Below are positions 38,150 to 46,924 of a stretch of DNA of 64,000 bases, in pieces (positions within the stretch are counted from its first letter, which is position 1; the number at the start of each line of letters is the position of its first letter). The notes under the pieces are model-generated. The model made no database searches. It worked only from the letters and a program-made list of their open reading frames with translations, and was not told the DNA's origin. The DNA is from a bacterium (lineage in GTDB: Bacteria > UBA8248). Position numbers and translations under genes: made by a program. The stretch covers positions 1,888,001 to 1,952,000 of the forward strand of contig CBDCRP010000003.1 in assembly GCA_965221165.1 (NCBI GenBank), in the 5' to 3' direction.

Positions 38150-38540
38150 CCAATCTCGACCGATGAGGGAGGGTCAAACCCGACTGAAGAGGGAGGGTCA
38201 AACCCGACTGAAGAGGGAGGGTTTGCCGACCGAGAAGGGAGTCGAACTTCCACGAGGAGGGGGGGTCAAACCCGACTGAGAAAAGAGGGTTTGACCGACC
38301 GATGAGGGAAGTGCTCGTAGTAGGGACAACCCCCTGTGGTTGTCCCTACCCCCTGTGGTTGTCCCTTGTCACGGCAGGCTTGGATGTCGGACAGGCGCGG
38401 GGGCCTGTCCCTACAAACAAAGGCTGATGCGGTGGGGGGACAATCGCGCGCCTTTCGTAGGGTCGGACATATATGTCCGACCCATGTGTCCGCCCGCGCA
38501 TACGTCGTCAGGGAGAACACACGGGTTCTCCCCTACGGAT
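38150..38540. repeat. Tandem 24-bp hairpin-module repeats followed by a GTAG REP (BIME-like) cluster
   Basis: GAGGGAGGGTCAAACCCGACTGAA at 38165 and 38189; then GTAGGGACAACCCCCTGTGGTTGTCCCTAC, GGACAGGC..GCCTGTCCCTAC, GTAGGGTCGGACATATATGTCCGACCC and GGGAGAAC..GTTCTCCCCTAC. Confidence 0.88.
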
Positions 38541-38564
38541 CCTGGCGACCGAAGAGGGATTGAT

Positions 38565-38594
38565 TTGACGAAACCTGGAATATCTTTTTATAGT
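38565..38594 (+). promoter_or_regulatory. Putative sigma70 promoter
   Basis: TTGACG-N18-TATAGT about 45 bp upstream of the small CDS at 38638. Confidence 0.5.
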
Positions 38595-38637
38595 TGTTTC
38601 AGAAGTGCCGGAGGACTCGATTCGAGAGAGAGAAAGA

Positions 38638-38865
38638 ATGATGACGAACTACGAATCCCTGAGTCTCCTCGCCGCCTATCTGAACCTCCTCGCCTCCTTC
38701 GGCGGTCTGGGGCTGATCTACTACGGCATTCGCGCGATGACGAAAGGCGCCGAAATGCGGGCGGCGGACTCCGAGCGCAAGCACAGTGAGACGATGACCG
38801 ACTCCGGGCGCAGGCACGACCAGTCGATGGCGGCGTTGCGCGAACTCATCGAACGAACCAGATAA
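38638..38865 (+). CDS. Small membrane-anchored coiled-coil-like protein
   Basis: N-terminal hydrophobic helix (LSLLAAYLNLLASFGGLGLIYYGI), then RKHSETM...RRHDQSMAALRELIERT; host-like codon usage and an upstream promoter. Confidence 0.65.
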   Translation: MMTNYESLSLLAAYLNLLASFGGLGLIYYGIRAMTKGAEMRAADSERKHSETMTDSGRRHDQSMAALRELIERTR

Positions 38866-39000
38866 TCAATTCCGACTGATCAAGGAGGAATTGCCGACTG
38901 AAGAAAGAGGAATTGCAAACGAGTACCCCGTCTCCCGTCGGGTAGCGTCTCCTGGTGGTGAATCGCGGGCAGGGATCGATCAGGCGCCACCCATTCACCT

Positions 39001-39123
39001 TCACGCCGCGCCTGTCTTATCGATCAACTGCGCGCGCATGTCCTTATCGCCAACCTTCTTTTCCACGACGATGAACAGCCCGCCGGATTCTCTTTCCCAT
39101 AGCGCGCCGATGGTTCGCTTCTC
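39001..39123 (-). pseudogene. Probable C-terminal remnant of a type III restriction endonuclease Res subunit
   Basis: EKRTIGALWERESGGLFIVVEKKVGDKDMRAQLIDKTGAA* resembles, from recall, the tail that follows the endonuclease motif in Res/DEAD-box proteins. No start codon or RBS. Confidence 0.55.
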
Positions 39124-39220
39124 GGGTAGGGCGACTTGAGGGCGATGGGCCGATTGTGAACCGCGCGGCGCATGGGTTATATCTTCGAGCATGACGTAAC
39201 TTAATAGCGGAGGATGGCGC

Positions 39221-42200
39221 GTGCTGGAAATCGACGAAAGGGAGCGAATCGTATCCGAACTGGCAGAGCAGCCCGGACACGAAAAAGTGCGCGCGCTGGT
39301 GCATCGCCTCCTCGTCGATGACCTTGGCGCTGATAGCCGGGACATTGATTTTGAAAAGCCGGTTCCTGAAGTGCGTGGCCGGATTGACGCCTTACTCGGC
39401 AGAACGGTGTTCGAGTTTAAGTCCAACCTAAAGCGTGAACGCGGGGACGCTGAAGAGGGGCTAACCCGATACCTCACCGAACGTGAGAGCCAGACTGGAG
39501 AGAAGTATGTCGGCATCGCCACCGACGGGGCCGATTTCATCGCCTATTTCCTCAAGGGAGACAATGTCGTCGAAGTCGGCGTTCATAAAGTAGATGCGGC
39601 GAAGTCATGGGAATTATCGGCATGGTTGCGAAGCGTCGTCGTACTTGGGGATGGTCTGTCTCCCGACCCGCAAACCATCAAACGCGAATTCGGGCGCGAG
39701 AGCCTCGCTGCGCGGCGCGCTATCGATGATCTCGACGAACTCTGGTCTCTCATCGGTCAAACGCCCGAGGCCTTGTTAAAGCGCGAATTGTGGGACAGAT
39801 TTCTCGGTCTTGCCTATGGCGCACGAGTCGGTGATGACGCCCTGTTCTTGCAACATACCTATCTCGCTGTCATCGCCAAGGCTATAGCATGGGCGGCGAT
39901 TATAGAAACCCCACCGGAGGATGCGAATGCTCTGCTGCATGGCGATGCGTTCTCGAATTTCGGAATCACCGGACAAAGCGAGCCTGATTTCTTTGACTGG
40001 GTGTTGGCAGCCGATGCGGGCGCAGAGCTAGTGATGCGGATTTACAGGCACGTGAACCGATTTTGTTTACAGGATATCAGCGTCGATATTCTGAAGGCCT
40101 TGTATGAGAGCCTCATCGATCCCGAGACCCGACACAAGCTCGGCGAATACTACACGCCGGACTGGCTCGCCGCTCGCATGGTCGAGGAAGTAGTGGACAA
40201 TCCGCTGGAGCAAAGGGTGATGGACCCCTCCTGCGGCTCGGGCACTTTCTTGTTTCACGCGGTGCGCACCTTGCTCAAGGCGGCGAGTGATTCAGGCCTA
40301 TCGGCGGCGAAAGCGGTTCGCCTCGCGGTCGAGAAAGTCGCCGGTGTAGACATTCATCCCGTGGCTGTCATACTCGCTCGCGTAACCTATCTACTTGCGC
40401 TCATGCCCGCCTTGCGTGAAGAGCATCCGGGAACGATTCCGTTGCCTGTATATCTGGGCGATTCATTGCAGTGGAATCTGGCCACTGGAAGACAAGGCGA
40501 CACGATCGATATGTTCAACGTCAAGGACACCTTGGAAATTAGCGTGCCTGCATTCGAAATTCCCGAACAGAAGAAAAGATACCAGCCGGAGACATTGCAC
40601 TTCCCTTCGGCAGTGGCCGCGAATGCGGCGCTTTTTGATCAGATGTTGGAGAGGATGATCGATCTCGGTGAACGTAACCGACCGCCGGAGGAGTTTGTGG
40701 TATGGCTCAGGAAAAATGCCGATCTACCGAATGTGGAACGCGATGCCCTAAAGAAAACTTATGAAGTAATGAGCCGTCTCCAAAACGAAGGGCGAAATCA
40801 TATTTGGGGTTATGTCGCAAGTAATCTCGCCCGGCCCGTCTGGCTCGCATCCGAAACACAGAAAGCCGATGTCGTAATCGGCAATCCTCCTTGGCTAGCT
40901 TACCGACACATGAGAGGTGATTTGCAGGAAAGGTACAAAAAGGAAGCCAGAACCGCCAAGGTCTGGTGGACCGGGAGAGGCACTTCTGCGAATGACCTAT
41001 CCGCTTATTTTTATTTCCGCGCAGCCTTGTTGTATATGCGGCGGACAGGGCGGATCGCACTGGTCATGCCCCATGCCGCCATGTCGGGTCAGCCCTACAA
41101 GCCGTTTCGAAAGGGTGAAGTCGCCCGTTTCAGTTCTGTGAGGTTCCGCCTGCGGTTTACGCAAGCCTGGGCGTTTGGTTACGAAGTGCAACCACTTTTT
41201 CCGGTTCCAAGCTGCGTTTTATTCGCCGAGGCGCATTCGGGCACAAGGAACGCCCCCTTGCCGGAAAAGATACTGGCGTTTTCCGGGGCTCTTCCTCGCC
41301 GAGACGCTGACGAAAACGAGGCCCGTGAAAATCTTGCCGTCCAAAAGGATGCGCCTTGGCCGACGGAAGCGAGCACCGAAATTCGCTCACACTACCGGAA
41401 GCTTTTTCGTCAAGGCGCTATTTTGGTACCGCGCCGCTTGATACTCGTGAAAAAAGAAGTCCCTATTGGTCGGCTTCCCGCGAATCCGCACGCTCCCTTG
41501 GTCGTGGGACGAACAGGCTCTCAAGATAAACCGCCTTGGAGAGACTTAACACCGCCCAGAGACACTGTGGAGGCGAAGTTTCTACGGACTATTCTTCTTG
41601 GGGAATCGATCGCTCCTTTTCGCGTTCTCATCCCGCTTCTGGGTGTCATCCCGTGGGATAAGGAAAGAGGCGACCTGATGAATGCAGATCGAGCGGAAAA
41701 GCGAGCTTACTCACACCTTGCTGCTTGGCTACGACAAGCGGAAACATTGTGGAACGAGAATGGAAAGGGGCAAAGAGCATTTTCGGAGCAGTATGATTAT
41801 TTTGGTCAACTTTCGGCGCAGTTCCCGATAGCTCCAATCCGCGTCGTGTATACGAAGGCTGGCACTAATCTCGCGGCTTGTGTAATTCGAGACGAAGCTG
41901 CGATCATCGATCATAAACTTTATTGGGCGCAAGTGGAGAGCTTGAACGAAGGGAAATACTTGTGCGGGATTCTAAATAGCGAGACCCTGAGAGCCGGTGT
42001 TGAGCAGTATCAATCTCAAGGCCAATGGGGTGCGCGGGATTTTGACAAATACGTGTTCAATTTGCCGATACCTAAGTTTGTCAAGAGCGATTCGCTTCAT
42101 CAAAAAATTGCCGAGGCGGCGAAGACGGCGGAGGATATCGCGCACATCGTCCCCGAAAAAGAAGGCGAATACTTCACCCGCACTCGCAGGCGCGTCCGTG

Positions 42201-42295
42201 ATGCACTCGCTGAAAACGGCGTCACCGAGGAACTCGAATCGCTGGTTGGTGAGTTACTCAATACCGCCGAACCCAACCCTCAACCCCCCCGTTGA
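39221..42295 (+). CDS. Fused restriction endonuclease / N6-adenine methyltransferase / specificity protein (type IIG/IIL-like, 1024 aa)
   Basis: N-terminal PD-(D/E)xK (RIDALLGRTVFEFKS, ATDG), GEYYTPDWLA, motif I DPSCGSGTF, motif IV GNPPW, C-terminal TRD-like region (YLCGILNS, LPIP); GGAGGA RBS; lower GC than its flanks. Confidence 0.9.
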   Translation: MLEIDERERIVSELAEQPGHEKVRALVHRLLVDDLGADSRDIDFEKPVPEVRGRIDALLGRTVFEFKSNLKRERGDAEEGLTRYLTERESQTGEKYVGIATDGADFIAYFLKGDNVVEVGVHKVDAAKSWELSAWLRSVVVLGDGLSPDPQTIKREFGRESLAARRAIDDLDELWSLIGQTPEALLKRELWDRFLGLAYGARVGDDALFLQHTYLAVIAKAIAWAAIIETPPEDANALLHGDAFSNFGITGQSEPDFFDWVLAADAGAELVMRIYRHVNRFCLQDISVDILKALYESLIDPETRHKLGEYYTPDWLAARMVEEVVDNPLEQRVMDPSCGSGTFLFHAVRTLLKAASDSGLSAAKAVRLAVEKVAGVDIHPVAVILARVTYLLALMPALREEHPGTIPLPVYLGDSLQWNLATGRQGDTIDMFNVKDTLEISVPAFEIPEQKKRYQPETLHFPSAVAANAALFDQMLERMIDLGERNRPPEEFVVWLRKNADLPNVERDALKKTYEVMSRLQNEGRNHIWGYVASNLARPVWLASETQKADVVIGNPPWLAYRHMRGDLQERYKKEARTAKVWWTGRGTSANDLSAYFYFRAALLYMRRTGRIALVMPHAAMSGQPYKPFRKGEVARFSSVRFRLRFTQAWAFGYEVQPLFPVPSCVLFAEAHSGTRNAPLPEKILAFSGALPRRDADENEARENLAVQKDAPWPTEASTEIRSHYRKLFRQGAILVPRRLILVKKEVPIGRLPANPHAPLVVGRTGSQDKPPWRDLTPPRDTVEAKFLRTILLGESIAPFRVLIPLLGVIPWDKERGDLMNADRAEKRAYSHLAAWLRQAETLWNENGKGQRAFSEQYDYFGQLSAQFPIAPIRVVYTKAGTNLAACVIRDEAAIIDHKLYWAQVESLNEGKYLCGILNSETLRAGVEQYQSQGQWGARDFDKYVFNLPIPKFVKSDSLHQKIAEAAKTAEDIAHIVPEKEGEYFTRTRRRVRDALAENGVTEELESLVGELLNTAEPNPQPPR

Positions 42296-42439
42296 CGCCG
42301 CGCATCGCTCGTGAAAACATCGGAAAACTTGGCGGAACGCCACGGCGGGAGAGAGGCCGTCTTGGACCAGGGCGGCTATTTCGGCTCACCCACGCCGACC
42401 GAGTAATGGATGACGCAACCACCCAAAAGGAGGAACGAC

Positions 42440-43552
42440 ATGAGAAAGAAACTTCGCATCTACGGCATTGCGGTCGCCGCGCTCGCGGCGTGCGTCGCGG
42501 GTTCTTCGCTCGCGGAGGCGGCCATGATCACCGCGCAGGAGAAAAACCTCATCCGGGCGGCGAAAAAAGAAGGCGGCGTCGTCATCATCAACCCGCTGTT
42601 CAGCGACCGCACCTCGAAGGTGATGAGACCCGCCTTCGTCAAGCGCTACGGCCTGGGGAGCGGCTTCAAGTTCCGCAACGTCCGCAAGGGAACCGGCTCG
42701 ACCGTCGCGCAGGTGCGCCAGGAGATCAAGGCGGGGAAATTCACGGTGGACGTCCACCTCGTGAGCGCGCCGGGGTTTTTCCACGCCGCGGTGAAGCGGG
42801 GCGCGTTCCTGAAGCTCGACAGCGGACAGTGGAAGAACCTCGTCAAAGTCGTGGAGGGCGCCGGTCAGTACCACAACTACCCCTACATCGTGACGCCGCT
42901 GGCATACAGCTTTCAGCCCGTCTGGAACAGTTCGTGTCCGGGCATGAAGAAGGACTTCAAGGTCACCTCGCTCTTCGACGTGGTCGACCCCTCACTCACG
43001 GGCAAGACCATCGTGACCGACATCACCAAGAGCTTCACGACCACCAACACCATCATCGGCCTCACCGAGGCGGGCGTGAACATGAGTGATTTCTGGAAAA
43101 GGATGAAGGCCACCAAGCCCATCGTCATGTTCCGCACCGAGCCGCGCATCCAGACGGTGATCAACTGCGAGCGCCCCGTCGACATGTTCAACCTCACGGG
43201 ACGCGTCTATCAGAACATCCTGAAAAAACCCGACCTCGCCAAGATCATCAAGATGAGCCACTACAAGGAAGGCCAGGTCATGCTCGGCAACCAGGCCGGC
43301 GTGCTCAAGGGCTCTCCGCACCCCAACGCGGGCAAGCTCCTCCTCGAGTTCCTCATGAGCAAGGAAGGCACCGACATCTACGTCGGGAACGAGGCCATCT
43401 ACTCCTTCCGGGCGAACTACACCCCACCGGCGAACGTGCGCCCCTTCCTGATGGACCTGAGCAAGGTCAAGCTGCTCGGCCTCAAGGACTGGGTGGCCGC
43501 CCAGCGCAGCTTCAAGAAAGTGCGCGGGGAGTGGATAAAGGTGTTCAAGTAA
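42440..43552 (+). CDS. Orphan ABC substrate-binding protein (iron/thiamine/polyamine-type fold)
   Basis: AGGAGG RBS, signal peptide, AAKKEGGVVI, SPHPNAGKLLLEFLMSKEG; no adjacent permease. Confidence 0.85.
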   Translation: MRKKLRIYGIAVAALAACVAGSSLAEAAMITAQEKNLIRAAKKEGGVVIINPLFSDRTSKVMRPAFVKRYGLGSGFKFRNVRKGTGSTVAQVRQEIKAGKFTVDVHLVSAPGFFHAAVKRGAFLKLDSGQWKNLVKVVEGAGQYHNYPYIVTPLAYSFQPVWNSSCPGMKKDFKVTSLFDVVDPSLTGKTIVTDITKSFTTTNTIIGLTEAGVNMSDFWKRMKATKPIVMFRTEPRIQTVINCERPVDMFNLTGRVYQNILKKPDLAKIIKMSHYKEGQVMLGNQAGVLKGSPHPNAGKLLLEFLMSKEGTDIYVGNEAIYSFRANYTPPANVRPFLMDLSKVKLLGLKDWVAAQRSFKKVRGEWIKVFK

Positions 43553-43621
43553 CATAGGAACCGTCTCGCGCCCGTCTGCGAGGCAATTTTTTCGCAGGCG
43601 GGCCGGGCGCGTCTCGATTTT

Positions 43622-43720
43622 CGTAGGGTCAGACATATATGTCTGCCACCTGTGTGTCCGCCCGAAAGTCGTCCGTGTCGGCGGCGTGAGCGTAGGGGAA
43701 GTATATATGCGACCCCTGCA
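43622..43720. repeat. GTAG-type REP pair
   Basis: CGTAGGGTCAGACATATATGTCTG... and CGTAGGGGAAGTATATATGCGACCCCT, related to copies at 18733-18857 and 38457. Confidence 0.75.
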
Positions 43721-43847
43721 AGGGCATCCATTCTCCTCGGGGTCGGGCTTCTCCTCCTCGGTCACGATTGACCCGTGGCGGCCTCCGCCCCGTCTATGAT
43801 AAGAAACACCTCGTTTCCCTATCTCACAGACCGCGCAAGGAGAGCGC

Positions 43848-44867
43848 ATGAGCGATACAATCCGCCTGCTCGTCACGGACGGGGCGTCGGGCAAATTTCT
43901 AAAAAGAGTACAAGCGAACCCCGCCTCCGCTCCTTTTACGATCATCGCACCGGATAGAGCGGACGAGGACGCCCTGCTGGCGCTGGCACCCGAGGCCGAC
44001 GCCATCCTCTGCTACAAGGCGGGGCTTTCGGCCGCCGTCATCCGCGCGGCGAGGAACGTGAAATACATCCAGAAACACGGGCTGAACTGTAAGAACATAG
44101 ACGTAGAAGCGGCGGCGAAGCGCGGGATTCGGGTCGGTACGCAATCGCTCATGCGAAACGCCACGGTGGCCGAGCAGGCCCTGACCCTCATGCTTTGCTG
44201 CGCGCGCAAGACGATTCCGGGTCAAAAGGCGGTCGAGGCCGCCGTTTACAAGGAGATGGGGCTGGAACCGGTCGCCACCAGCCAGTGGAACATCCGGCCC
44301 AACTGGCCCGAACTCGCGGGCGTCGGCGAGCTTTTCGGCGAGAGCGTCGGCATCATCGGCCTGGGCGACATCGGCATGGACATCGCCAAGCGCTGTACGG
44401 CCTTCGACATGAAAATCTACTACCACCAGCGCACGCGGCACACGCCCGATGTCGAGGCGGAGTACCAGGCCGCGTATCTCCCCTTCGATGAGTTGCTCAA
44501 GCGGGTCTCCTACCTCGTGCTCGTCCTGCCGCACACCGAGGAGAGTGCGGGGATGATAGGGGCTGCGCAACTCGCGCGCATGAAAAAAACGGCCACGCTC
44601 ATCAACGTGGGCCGGGGCGCGCTCGTCGATGAAGAAGCGCTCGTCCAGGCGCTCCGAGCAGGGGAGATCGCCATGGCGGGACTCGACGTCTACCGCTATG
44701 AACCCCTGCCTGCGGAGAGTCCGCTCCTCCACATGCCCAACGCCGTGCTTACCCCCCACAACGGCGGCGGCTCGAACCGCCAATGGGACGTGGACATCCC
44801 TGCGTCGCTGGGCAAGATCGCCGCTTTTTTCGGTGGGGAAAAAGAAGGGACGCCGGCGGGTGGATGA
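43848..44867 (+). CDS. D-isomer-specific 2-hydroxyacid dehydrogenase
   Basis: GIIGLGDIG, LINVGRGALVDE, AGLDVY.YEP, LTPHNGG. Confidence 0.92.
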   Translation: MSDTIRLLVTDGASGKFLKRVQANPASAPFTIIAPDRADEDALLALAPEADAILCYKAGLSAAVIRAARNVKYIQKHGLNCKNIDVEAAAKRGIRVGTQSLMRNATVAEQALTLMLCCARKTIPGQKAVEAAVYKEMGLEPVATSQWNIRPNWPELAGVGELFGESVGIIGLGDIGMDIAKRCTAFDMKIYYHQRTRHTPDVEAEYQAAYLPFDELLKRVSYLVLVLPHTEESAGMIGAAQLARMKKTATLINVGRGALVDEEALVQALRAGEIAMAGLDVYRYEPLPAESPLLHMPNAVLTPHNGGGSNRQWDVDIPASLGKIAAFFGGEKEGTPAGG

Positions 44868-45112
44868 GTGGTTTGGCGAGGGGGGAGTGCGGGGCGTAAT
44901 CCCTATACTCTCTCAGGCAGTTCAAAGTATTTTTCCAGCGCCGTTCCCGCCGTCCTCATGTTGCCGGGCATTTCAAAAGCAGTTATAAAGATGGGGCGCA
45001 ATTTCCAATCAGGGAGAATAAGAGGCCGGAGCAGTGGGATGGTTTCCCATGCGGAAAGAGAACCGCAGGAAGCGCTCCCCCGCTCCACGTCCCTCCCAGG
45101 CCCGTATAGCCG

Positions 45113-45460
45113 AAAAAGAGGGGGTTACTCATTATTCCCATTCCTCGCCAGAGGACCCAACTCGAACAGGGAATGGTACTTGCTACTCCACGAGGTTGAG
45201 CAGCCAATGAGTAACCCCCGATTTATTCACCTTCGCCTATATACCCTGAATGCGCCCTCGAAATTCGCCCCGCCATCCGGGAGCGATGCTCCGAAATAAA
45301 AAGAGGGGGTTACCCATTGCTTCCCATTCCGTGCCGGGGGACTCAGCCCCTACAAGGAATAGTGGTTGCGACTCCACGAGGTTGAACAGCCAATGAGTAA
45401 CCCCCAATTTCTTCACCTTCGCCTATGCGCTCCGAATGCACCCTCGAAACTCGCCCCGCC
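45113..45460. repeat. Diverged tandem duplication (45113-45274 / 45298-45460) of a gene 3' end plus a ~100-nt multi-stem element, probably terminator or ncRNA
   Basis: Both copies have a GGGGGTTACYCATT...AATGAGTAACCCCC closing stem, inner hairpins, and a minus-strand U-tract. Confidence 0.8.
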
Positions 45461-46167
45461 GGCGGCCGTCGAGACGCCGAAAGCACCCGCGACGGAGCCC
45501 GGGGCTTCTTTTGCTTCCGCATCCATCACTGAAGCCTCGCCGTAGAATTCACCGCTCCATTCTCCCGAGTATTCACTCCCGGATACGTCGCCCGCGGCCA
45601 CCCCGTGAAAGGGCTTTCCACGTCGCCGAATGCGGCCTCCATGAGAATGATTCTTCCGTCCGGCGTCTCATCGCCCTGAAGAGTGATTCCCGAGAGAACG
45701 CCTCCGATGGTTTTGCCGTCAAAATCAGCTTCAAGCCCTATCCTGGCATCGAAATGCCGGACTTCGCCCGCCCGGGTATGTGCGCCGAGGGCGCCTCCTT
45801 CGTAGGTTGCCGAACCTTCGATCCTGTCGGGCTCACCGCCCAAGTCGAAGGGAGTTCCACCAGGGAGGAGGGCGCCGGGATCGAATTCGGGATTCTCGGC
45901 GAGGAAGAAAGGCGCGCCGCCGAAGGCGACGGCGCCGAGATCGAAAGCGTCGCCATCGGGAGCGGACAGCCAGGCTCCGGCCGAGAGATAGTCCACGTCC
46001 GCGTCCGCAGACGTTTCTCTATCCGAGGCGACCGCGACGCCGCTCGCAAGCGCCTCGCCCGCGCCATAATTTCCGGCTTTCGGCACTGCGGCATGACCGC
46101 CGCTTCCGCCGCCGCAACCGGAAATCATGACTGCCTGCAAGACGAGTATGAGAAAGATGTAAGGCAT
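45413..46167 (-). pseudogene. TbpB-like beta-barrel surface lipoprotein, frameshifted at a G4 run (45601-45604)
   Basis: Lipobox ISGC followed by GGGSGG; GSATYEGGALG and LEADFDG; the barrel end (WSGEFYG...PGSVAGAFG...FEGAFGA) is in another frame, and one extra G rejoins them. Confidence 0.78.
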
Positions 46168-46318
46168 ATGGATTAAACCCTTACGAAATCGGCACGTATT
46201 CCCCTTTTCTGGTTCTCGCAAAAAAATGCTACCTCCCGGAACCATAGCGATGCGTACGAGGCCGACTTTGGCGGCATCTCCACTTCTTTGCCTCTGGCGA
46301 AACATTTTATTTACATAT

Positions 46319-46348
46319 TTGACTAAACGTTCATTTTAGTTTTATAAT
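46319..46348 (+). promoter_or_regulatory. Near-consensus sigma70 promoter with overlapping palindromic operator
   Basis: TTGACT-N18-TATAAT; ACTAAA-N7-TTTAGT inverted repeat at 46322-46340. Confidence 0.6.
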
Positions 46349-46924
46349 ACCCCTCTAAATTAGTTTCATACAAAAGCCGCTTTCGTATTTGAATTGTTGA
46401 ATTCGCTATGAGGCCAGATCACCCATACAATCCTCCCAAATCCACACGAGGATTGCTTTACCTCAAGCCCCTGGTCGAAATCCGGGCTGGTTGGCATACA
46501 ATCCACGATTTGGAAGAAAAGTGGGTTCCCGCCTATTCCAACTCTTGGGAAGAGTCGTCTTGTATTCAGCGGGCAGCCCGTGAGATCGACCACACATGGA
46601 TTGTATGCCGAGTAAAATAGTGGAGGATTGAATTTGACTTGTCAAGTGTGAAATGGGGCTTTTATACGAACCTTACAATATCTTTAAGAAAAAATTCGCT
46701 ATCCCCCGAGGAGGCGAAAAACAGGAAACACCACCTCTTCGATTCAGGGAATCCCCTCCAAATCATCTCTCTTTTCGCTCATCCGGCATCCGGTTTCCCG
46801 TCGTGTGTTAGGCCTGTCTTACTTGAAATTTTCTCCGCGGCAGGGTTCGGGGCACGCTCCGCCTGACTCTTTGAATCCACCTGCCTGCAAGCCCGGCGCG
46901 CGCCCATGACGCCCGGGCGGGACG

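Noticed and set aside
38165-38305. Hammerhead ribozyme or C/D-box reading of the CTGANGA-containing loops
   Set aside because: Several copies have CCGA or GTGA instead of CUGA, and there is no stem II followed by GAAA or a three-stem core.
38150-38310. Possible CRISPR array
   Set aside because: The 24-bp units are directly adjacent with no unique spacers, are degenerate, and no cas genes are in the window.
38891-39139. ORF with apparent AAGGAGG RBS
   Set aside because: The RBS and first codons are the loop and stem of the hairpin module, and the rest is antisense to the Res-like remnant.
44903-45088. Short minus-strand ORF (…PDWKLRPIFITAFEMPGNMRTAG…) as a gene fragment
   Set aside because: Protein-like and lower in GC, but no family motif could be recognised without a search.
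45120-45405. Integron attC sites or ydaO (c-di-AMP) riboswitch
   Set aside because: GTT and AAC are in the opposite order to attC R''/R' boxes. The ydaO-like fragments fall on different strands and the element is 3' of a gene.
45225-45460. Diversity-generating retroelement TR/VR pair
   Set aside because: Differences between the two gene-end copies are not adenine-specific (C/T and G/A changes in both directions) and no reverse transcriptase is present.
46408-46620. RiPP precursor (WVPAYSNSW loosely resembles triceptide cores)
   Set aside because: No adjacent rSAM/SPASM maturase, transporter, leader motif or RBS; the similarity is too weak.
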